DNA of 64,000 nt from Candidatus Omnitrophota bacterium (GTDB taxonomy: Bacteria; Omnitrophota; Gorgyraeia; Gygaellales; JBFMHM01). A model generated the notes under the pieces. It worked only from the letters and a program-made list of their open reading frames with translations, ran no database searches and was not told where the DNA came from. The stretch is taken from the NCBI GenBank assembly GCA_040753015.1, contig JBFMHM010000002.1, positions 102,111 through 166,110 of the forward strand, written 5' to 3'. Positions 58,401 through 64,000 of this stretch are shown one piece after another (the stretch's first letter is position 1; each line of letters starts with the position of its first letter). The position numbers and the translations under genes were made by a program.

Positions 58401-59421
58401 GAATCGCCCCTACAACATCAACCAATTTGTATTCGCCTTTTGTTGAGTTTAGATAAGATTTGTAGATTTGTTCTGGTTTAAACTTAAGGTTGTTGGTTTT
58501 TTGGTAGGTTTTTATGAATTGCTCTAACTTTTCGCTTTTCGCTTTACTCTTTACGCTTTTTTTGTACCATTGTGCAAAAATGAGTGCTTGATATATTTGT
58601 CTAAGTGGTTCATAGGCTTTGTCTTGGTTTACTCGTTGAGTTAGTTCTGGGAGTATTAGTTGTTTTAGATGAGATTCACAATATTCCTGTAGTTCCTCAG
58701 TTCGTCTGTTCTTCAGTTCGTCAGTTCGTTTGTCATTGGAAATTGGGATTTGGGATTTCTCAAGGTATTCGCTTTCTAGAAGCACCTTGAGCGTTGCTTT
58801 AACTATTGTTATTGAGCTATCTGTCTCATAGACCCTTGCCTCATCTGGCACTATCCAGACACGAAAGGTAGTTGGTACTTTGTAGTTAGTAGTTTGGTTT
58901 TGTTGTTTTGGTCCTAATTTTAAATTTTGAGTTATAGTTTTACCTTTTTCGTTTTGAGTTTTTACTTCCAAAGTTTTGGCTTTAGTAAATACTTTATCCC
59001 AATAGGTTTTAGCATTTTTACCATAACCGGGTAATAATTCAAAGGCTGTGTCTTTCTTAAGCTTTAAATCTAATACTAAGAGCGCTTTACCTAAATCAGT
59101 ATCAGCTATTGTATTGCCGATGATTCTACTTGGGTCATTAGGGTTTAGATTAACCCAAAGATCTTTGTAGTCTATAGATAGGCTAGTAAAGAAATAATCT
59201 AGAAGTTCTTTGGTTTTAAGCTTCTTTTGTTGTTCTGAGAGGTTGCGAGGAAGAAAGTTGAAATTAAAATTAAAACCTGAATTTAGACTAAGCGAAACAA
59301 ACGAGGCGTTTGGGTCATGCACTTTTAGGCTAACAACTTGGCCAAAGCTAATACTCTGGCAAAGAAAGGTAAATGCCAAAAATAGACAAAAAATCCTCTT
59401 TATATGGTTTACTTTAATCAT
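55483..59421 (-). CDS. Giant protein, N-terminal part: signal peptide, N-terminal domain, acidic and His-rich tracts, TM, degenerate Clp NBD1, start of NBD2
   Basis: MIKVNHIKRIFCLFLAFTFLCQSISFG signal; ends VGHEHVV..PNKPIGVFMLAGPTGV|EKPSL*, i.e. frameshifted inside Walker A. Confidence 0.85.
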   Translation of the reverse strand: MIKVNHIKRIFCLFLAFTFLCQSISFGQVVSLKVHDPNASFVSLSLNSGFNFNFNFLPRNLSEQQKKLKTKELLDYFFTSLSIDYKDLWVNLNPNDPSRIIGNTIADTDLGKALLVLDLKLKKDTAFELLPGYGKNAKTYWDKVFTKAKTLEVKTQNEKGKTITQNLKLGPKQQNQTTNYKVPTTFRVWIVPDEARVYETDSSITIVKATLKVLLESEYLEKSQIPISNDKRTDELKNRRTEELQEYCESHLKQLILPELTQRVNQDKAYEPLRQIYQALIFAQWYKKSVKSKAKSEKLEQFIKTYQKTNNLKFKPEQIYKSYLNSTKGEYKLVDVVGAIPRNRPIINGRKHGFAPTINHKIRRTYASGGVLFAPTGEIPTQLATAGEAGRVPVTITVSIGQPEDIGAEVSDVKNLKNLLRILRVLARSKKVPELSQNASNREIVEYCITQLDKLGAVKTNTDDVGNRIIAINDNVRDQDAQRIIDVLKRWAINLDDGVQAINFKGTDNVWRIVGFQSTLDTDVLLHEQREIYYRKQGLNWIQAHNRVVEEQKRGNKIAEDTDVDVSEGSIGASCGPMWRLAQIEDSRKNSDDYEDEDDKDEDDDKGDEELLNEILDEINTSVEEADKDSDISDLTMEHNFRTWITRGLLNILNDGKLRKNGTNNPEVIERLADEIAEQAIGEGKLDENDKDKAKEIIKRALSKKGLIEKTRYGYSTRVPRIKAGKRNEVEARIGRIHNRMLVKHIHRDHDGNVSGARHPHHHGVPEGQHRHADGTVHADHHHDYSADAREQRDALRKKAAETETDDQGPKSPRPGSGPAKTTILKSLLLPLLLIPAAYLFRWFYFKFFGDASSGDDVFAAMAAMIGAPLVGGNFYSPIYPDDGREGETEENLMAYLSKIETFEGSSQSLSLHQRPDQGFVDRLDEIKNTSNNNIILIGHPREVEQTIRSLAYQASLDDSPLPVSLQKLEILKLDIKKLLAGGVFLQADGFEKVVRAFVSNMRKVYHDAEKKGTRRNLAFYIDAEEYAGILSLKFKLGSRLEWLLDELLKSPIPVIIGGEPKTIQAVFPRNKWKEISQIMEYPQRYELSSSPEFEKEADEILRLLEEGLPWFKTVHNELLNLKIESDDAFEFLKRIMGYTKKFLPKASEREIAIDLIQKLLVDKNKKQEYRSNLDRAYAGSRALALIGELEQANTPELVEFLTGRLDYWVMVMAGASDVDTTLGPSVRISEEEVLTALAKEAQTTVSLLTGDIRARVDRFKENLAKRYVGHEHVVDAILAKIRLFVNGQKEPNKPIGVFMLAGPTGVEKPSL
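55495..55503 (-). other. Single-base frameshift inside Walker A joining the two giant ORFs
   Basis: Minus strand reads GGC GTA G-A AAA ACC GAG CTT; adding one G gives GPTGVGKTELVKAIAELIFDGK-MGRID in frame with the downstream ORF. Confidence 0.9.
58352..58413. repeat. GTAG-type REP doublet (REPIN-like) in frame
   Basis: GTAG-GGGCGAAA-ccatgt-TTTCGCCC-attaattata-GGGCGATT-acgcgg-AATCGCCC-CTAC; encodes VGAIPRNRPIINGRKHGFAPT. Confidence 0.85.
58528..58560. repeat. Heptamer tandem tract
   Basis: cttttcg cttttcg ctttact ctttacg ctttt (KSVKSKAKSEK). Confidence 0.75.
58691..58758. repeat. Octamer tract (5 copies) followed by heptamer tract (4 copies)
   Basis: agttcctc agttcgtc tgttcttc agttcgtc agttcgtt; tgtcatt ggaaatt gggattt gggattt. 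Confidence 0.8.
58869..58965. repeat. Degenerate heptamer tracts
   Basis: tagttgg tactttg tagttag tagtttg ... ttttaaa ttttgag ttatag ttttacc tttttcg ttttgag tttttac. Confidence 0.65.
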
Positions 59422-59494
59422 TCTAAATTTTTGAAAAAGTGGACAAAAAAATTTTCTTGTTTCTTTGCATTGGGTTTTTCTTAAATCTTAACTC

Positions 59495-59514
59495 CCTGCC
59501 TGCCGGCAGGCAGG
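59495..59514. repeat. Perfect 20-bp palindrome upstream of the giant gene
   Basis: CCTGCCTGCC GGCAGGCAGG in an AT-rich intergenic region. Confidence 0.92.
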
Positions 59515-59591
59515 TTATCTCTGCTTTTTAGGGGGGATATTTTAACAGAATAAATATACCATATAAAGTGTAAAAAAGCCAGTTTTTTTGA

Positions 59592-60863
59592 TTATTTTTT
59601 TTCTGTATCAATAACCCTTACCTGTGAAGATATTTTATCAAATAATACAACTGGCAAAACTAAATTAATAATTATTTCTTTATCGGTATATAGAATATTT
59701 TTTATATTAGCTTTTTCATGCAATAAATTAACAATATTCATTTTATCTAACCCTAAAGCAAGCGTTAATGCAAGTGTCTTTGATAAAAGAAATCCTTCGA
59801 TTGTTGCAAATAATTTATCAAAATTCAACTTGCTAAGTGCAGAAATTTCAATTGAATTTGGAAACGAATTTTTTAAAGTTTTAAGCCAAGCTAAATCATC
59901 TACTCGATCTATTTTATTTAAAACAGTAATAATTGGTTTTTCGTTAGCGCCAAGTTCTTTTAAAACAATTTCGACTGATTTTGCCCGTTCGTTAAAAGTT
60001 TCAGAGCTAATGTCTAGAACATGTAATAATAAATCTGCTTGCCGAACTTCTTCAAGCGTAGCCTTAAATGCTTCTACTAAATGATGCGGCAGACGATGTA
60101 AAAAACCAACTGTATCAAACAAAACTACTTCTTGATGATTTGGCAAAATCAATGTACGCGATACTGAATCAAGTGTAGTAAATAGGCTATTGCGAGAAAG
60201 TTCTTCTGACCCGGTTAAGGCATTCAAAAGCGTGGTTTTACCAGCATTCGTATAACCTACTAAACCAATTAACGGTACACCAGTTTGTTTTCGTTTTTCA
60301 CGAAGCCGTGCTCGATGCATCGAAACATCATCTAAATCTTTTTTTAATTTCGCTATTCGCTCGCTAATTCTTCTGCGGTCAATCTCAAGCTTCTGTTCGC
60401 CCGGGCCTCGCGTACCGATGCCACCGCCTAAACGCGATAATTCTATGCCCTTACCAGAAAGCCGCGGCAATAAATATTGTTTCTGTGCAAGCTCAACTTG
60501 TAATTTTCCTTCAAGCGTTTTAGCATGCTTTGCAAAAATATCTAAAATTAATTGCGTGTGGTCAATAATTCTTTTATTAATTATTTCCTCAAGGTTTCTT
60601 TGATGCGTGGGCGATAAATCATGATTAAAAATAACTGTATCAATATTTTTTTCTTGGCAAATTAAACGAATCTCTTCTGCCTTACCTTTACCAATATAAC
60701 AGTTTGGTGCTGGCTCATCGCGCTTAACTAAAATTTCATCAACAACCTCTGCACCAGCAGTTTTTGTCAAATCTCTTAACTCTTGGCTAATATCTTCTAT
60801 TGACCAAAAATCTTTTTGGTGCTCATGTGCAAATTTTACAGTTACAAGTAAGACGCGCTCCAC
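59592..60863 (-). CDS. hflX: GTPase HflX
   Basis: GGGIGTRGPGE, GYTNAGKTT, DTVGF, NKID. Confidence 0.96.
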   Translation of the reverse strand: MERVLLVTVKFAHEHQKDFWSIEDISQELRDLTKTAGAEVVDEILVKRDEPAPNCYIGKGKAEEIRLICQEKNIDTVIFNHDLSPTHQRNLEEIINKRIIDHTQLILDIFAKHAKTLEGKLQVELAQKQYLLPRLSGKGIELSRLGGGIGTRGPGEQKLEIDRRRISERIAKLKKDLDDVSMHRARLREKRKQTGVPLIGLVGYTNAGKTTLLNALTGSEELSRNSLFTTLDSVSRTLILPNHQEVVLFDTVGFLHRLPHHLVEAFKATLEEVRQADLLLHVLDISSETFNERAKSVEIVLKELGANEKPIITVLNKIDRVDDLAWLKTLKNSFPNSIEISALSKLNFDKLFATIEGFLLSKTLALTLALGLDKMNIVNLLHEKANIKNILYTDKEIIINLVLPVVLFDKISSQVRVIDTEKK

Positions 60864-61711
60864 TCAATCCTCTTATCTTTATTAAACCAGGTCATTTGAC
60901 GCTTGGCATAACGACGGGTATTTTTAGCCATTTCTTCTTTTGCCTGTTCTAAAGTAATTTTTCCGTCTAAATAATCCTTTATTTCTCTAATACCTATTGC
61001 AAACTGTGCGGTTTTGCTGAGTTTTAATTTCAAAAGTTTTTTAACTTCTTTGACTAACCCTTGCTTAATCATTTTATTTACTCTTTTGTTAATTTTATTA
61101 TAAAGCTCTTCCCTGTTTAAATTTAATCCAAAAATCTTGATATCATATTTACCCCAAATCCCGGAACGCTTTTCTTTGAGCTCTGAAAATTTTTTATCTT
61201 GCGAAAGACAGACTTCAAGGGCACGCACAATACGCCTTAGATCATTAGGATGTATTTTTTCTGCTGCTTCCGGATCCAATTTCGCAAGCTTATCATAAAG
61301 TTTTTGACTGCCAAACTTTTCTGCTTCTTTGTATAGCCTTGCCCTAATCTCTGGGTTTTCTTTTACGCCTTCAAATATTCCATCAAGCATGATAGTCATA
61401 TAAAGCCCTGTGCCGCCAACGAATATAGGCGTTTTATTCTTTTTAAGAATTTTCTCAATTAATGCAAGGGCTTTCTTGCGGTATTCGGCAACACTAAATT
61501 CTTTTGTTGGACTTATTTGGCCAATCAAATGATGTTTAACTTTTTTTAAATATTCTTTTTTGGGATATGCTGCAACAATATTCATTCCTTTATAAATCTG
61601 CATTGAGTCAAGTGAAATAATTTCTCCAGATATTTTTTTTGCAAGTTTATAGGCAAGTTCTGATTTGCCGCTTGCAGTCGGACCAACAAGAAAAATAATA
61701 TCTGATTTCAT
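60842..61711 (-). CDS. miaA: tRNA dimethylallyltransferase
   Basis: GPTASGKS, DSMQIY, VGGTGLY, YAKRQMTWF. Confidence 0.96.
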   Translation of the reverse strand: MKSDIIFLVGPTASGKSELAYKLAKKISGEIISLDSMQIYKGMNIVAAYPKKEYLKKVKHHLIGQISPTKEFSVAEYRKKALALIEKILKKNKTPIFVGGTGLYMTIMLDGIFEGVKENPEIRARLYKEAEKFGSQKLYDKLAKLDPEAAEKIHPNDLRRIVRALEVCLSQDKKFSELKEKRSGIWGKYDIKIFGLNLNREELYNKINKRVNKMIKQGLVKEVKKLLKLKLSKTAQFAIGIREIKDYLDGKITLEQAKEEMAKNTRRYAKRQMTWFNKDKRIEWSASYL

Positions 61712-63546
61712 TTTCTTAGCAATTCTAACTCTTTTTTAATAATCTCTTGTTTTAGGCGATCAGAAGCATTAAGTTTAGTCAATCCAATCGTGAATACATT
61801 TTTTGCTTCTTCTTTTTTATCAAGCCCTTTATAAGCAAGGCCTAATTGATAATATGCTAACTTATTTTCTGGATCAAGCGATAATGTTTTTTGAAACATA
61901 ACCACAGCATCCTTAAATCTAAACTGCTCGTTATAAATAAAACCTAAACTATAATATGCCTCGGAAGCTAAAGGATTTATTTCTATTAATCTTAACCAAT
62001 ATTTATTAGCTTCCTTGAGATTACGTAAATAAAAACTTAGCTCGCCCGCAAGAAATAATGCCCTTTGATTATCTGGCCTTATCATTAAGGCCTTCCTTAA
62101 TTCTATAAAAGCATTATAATATTGTCCATCATTATAAAGCCGGGAAGCTATAAACATATATGATTCGAAATCGTCTGATTGAATTAATGATTTTTTATAC
62201 CAAGAACTATCACAGAATAATAACCCATAAGCTAACAACAATAAACAAGTAAAAACAATAAAATATTTTTTCTTTTTTATAACATAAATCCAATTAGTTA
62301 GCCCATAAGATGCAAATATAATAAATATAGGGGTAATAATAATACGGTATCTGGAAGTTATGAAAAAAATAGTTATACTTATAGCAATGCTGACTAAAAA
62401 TATATACAACAAAGCTAATTTTTTAAAATTTTTTATACCAAACAATACTCCCGTTATTATGAATGGGAAAATAAAAATAAGATTACTTGGCAAATACTTT
62501 AATATATCCACATTTTCTCTAAGTATATAAAATTCAACTTCATTGGTATATTCATATGGGCTAAAAACTAAACCCAGTTTTTTTATTATAAGTAATAAAT
62601 GCCTAAATGGCTCTCTGCATATAGAAACGATTCCCCGTTTAAACCAATAAAATGAGACCTCTGATGTTTTAAGCTGCCTGCCAACGTTATACGATGCAAT
62701 AATCCTGGCATTTCTAAAAATACCCTCTTGACTAGCACTAAATTCATCGGGACAATAGAATATTCCATTAGCATTATGATTATTACCTATATAAAAATTA
62801 ATTCCGGCGTTACCCTGTATTAGGACGAAGTCTTTTTCAACTAAATAATTATGTATGACTGTTAAACTAATAATAAATAAAGCACCAATTATAAAAGATA
62901 TAAATCTAAAAATTATGATATGTAATTTATTTTTATTAATAATTAATAACCACAAACAAGCACAACTAGCAAAAATAATAATATTTCCCTGTAAAATAGT
63001 AGCTATCCCAGAAAGAACTCCTATCCAAAATAATTTTAATCCATTTAAATCATCTTTTGTCTTTATAAAAATAAATAAAATTATAAGGTTTAATAAAATT
63101 GATATGGTCGTGTAAACGGCTAGGCTTTCAAAGAAAATGAATAAACCATAAGTGGCAGTTAATAAACCAGCAAGAAAAGAGGCTTCTTTATTAAAAAACT
63201 CTTTTGAGATAAAATAAACTAAAACACTACTTAACACCCCAATAATAAACTGTAAATAATATACCACAGATAGTTTTATACCAGATATTTTAAATATACC
63301 TGCTAAAATATACGGGTATAAAGGCCACTTCATAAATGCCTTATGGTTCAAAAAATCACCATAAACAATATCTTTTGCCCAGCGAAAAAATTCCTGGCTA
63401 TCCGAATTCAAGGCAAATGGAAAAATAGATGTAGTTAAGTAATCTTGCATATAAAGAAGCCTTATAATTATCGCTGTTAATATAATAATTGAGAGGTATA
63501 TCAAATCTTTATATTTATTATAAAAGGCGGGCTTTGATGTGATCAT
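61708..63546 (-). CDS. GT-C (ArnT/PMT-like) membrane glycosyltransferase with C-terminal TPRs
   Basis: Many TM helices, DS..F..WA, PLYPY, GINFYIGNN, RYR; TPRs (AYYSLG, AYYQLG). Confidence 0.75.
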   Translation of the reverse strand: MITSKPAFYNKYKDLIYLSIIILTAIIIRLLYMQDYLTTSIFPFALNSDSQEFFRWAKDIVYGDFLNHKAFMKWPLYPYILAGIFKISGIKLSVVYYLQFIIGVLSSVLVYFISKEFFNKEASFLAGLLTATYGLFIFFESLAVYTTISILLNLIILFIFIKTKDDLNGLKLFWIGVLSGIATILQGNIIIFASCACLWLLIINKNKLHIIIFRFISFIIGALFIISLTVIHNYLVEKDFVLIQGNAGINFYIGNNHNANGIFYCPDEFSASQEGIFRNARIIASYNVGRQLKTSEVSFYWFKRGIVSICREPFRHLLLIIKKLGLVFSPYEYTNEVEFYILRENVDILKYLPSNLIFIFPFIITGVLFGIKNFKKLALLYIFLVSIAISITIFFITSRYRIIITPIFIIFASYGLTNWIYVIKKKKYFIVFTCLLLLAYGLLFCDSSWYKKSLIQSDDFESYMFIASRLYNDGQYYNAFIELRKALMIRPDNQRALFLAGELSFYLRNLKEANKYWLRLIEINPLASEAYYSLGFIYNEQFRFKDAVVMFQKTLSLDPENKLAYYQLGLAYKGLDKKEEAKNVFTIGLTKLNASDRLKQEIIKKELELLRK

Positions 63547-63561
63547 AAAAATATAAATAAT

Positions 63562-64000
63562 TTATTTTTTCTTAGAAATTTCTCTTTGAAGATCCAAAAT
63601 CAACCCATGACGGCGTTCTTTTTCTTGCTTTGGCACATCATCAACAAAATTCAATGCTTTTGTGTGTGGGCGTGGTGAATATTTAAAAATATAGGCCTTA
63701 TTAAACTTGACTTTTTTTACTAAATCATAAGTTTCTTTGAAATCTTCTTCTGTTTCTCCGGGAAAACCAACAATTATATCTGTAGATATAACTCCGCCCT
63801 TAACAATATCGCGATATTTTTTAACTAAACCTAAATAATGCTCTTTTGTATAACCTCGATTCATTGATTTTAGAATCCTATTAGACCCTGATTGAACCGG
63901 TAAATGCAAATGCTTTATTAATTTATCACATTCAGCCATTGTTTTAAATAAAGCATAAATTGCATCCTTAGGGTGGCTAGTCATAAAATCAAACTGTTTT
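63562..64000 (-). CDS. miaB: tRNA methylthiotransferase MiaB, 3' part (start outside the window)
   Basis: FMTSHPKD, HLHLPVQSGSNRIL, TDIIVGFPGET, FKYSPRPHT. Confidence 0.9.
   Translation of the reverse strand, partial: KQFDFMTSHPKDAIYALFKTMAECDKLIKHLHLPVQSGSNRILKSMNRGYTKEHYLGLVKKYRDIVKGGVISTDIIVGFPGETEEDFKETYDLVKKVKFNKAYIFKYSPRPHTKALNFVDDVPKQEKERRHGLILDLQREISKKK

Noticed and set aside
44130-59591. Giant gene plus TA as an integrative mobile element
   Set aside because: No integrase, transposase, tRNA target or flanking direct repeats were found
2964-63115. All plus-strand ORFs in the track (e.g. 3900-4358, 31424-31975, 51114-51632)
   Set aside because: They are antisense shadows of well-supported minus-strand genes and show no recognisable motifs

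Overview
An AT-rich bacterial chromosome segment in which every supported gene lies on the minus strand. The lineage is probably Candidatus Omnitrophota (PVC-related); this is inferred from gene content only. In transcription order (right to left): miaB (partial), a membrane glycosyltransferase-TPR gene, miaA and hflX; a ~14.7 kb giant gene broken by a single-base frameshift inside a Walker A motif (about 4908 aa if repaired); a BrnT/BrnA-like toxin-antitoxin pair; split coaC and coaB; mreBCD-mrdA-rodA and a radical SAM gene; a ~16 kb type IV pilus cluster with c-di-GMP modules and two PilB ATPases; rng-rplU-obg-proBA-nadD-rpe-pgm-plsC-ispH-rpsA-tyrS-rluA; and a final operon joining RsbW/RsbV/RsbU-type partner switching, MlaEFD, a FecR-domain protein, an outer-membrane beta-barrel, a CHASE2 sensor and a probable PilZ protein. 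The giant gene encodes a signal peptide, two tandem ClpA/B-type AAA+ units, TPR-like repeats, three pentapeptide modules, an M50-like HExxH peptidase and a C-terminal GGIDL. The strongest candidates for new biology are the giant exported unfoldase-protease protein, the in-frame colonisation of coding sequence by several small repeat families, and the trans-envelope partner-switching/Mla operon. No rRNA, tRNA, CRISPR array or transposase was recognised.
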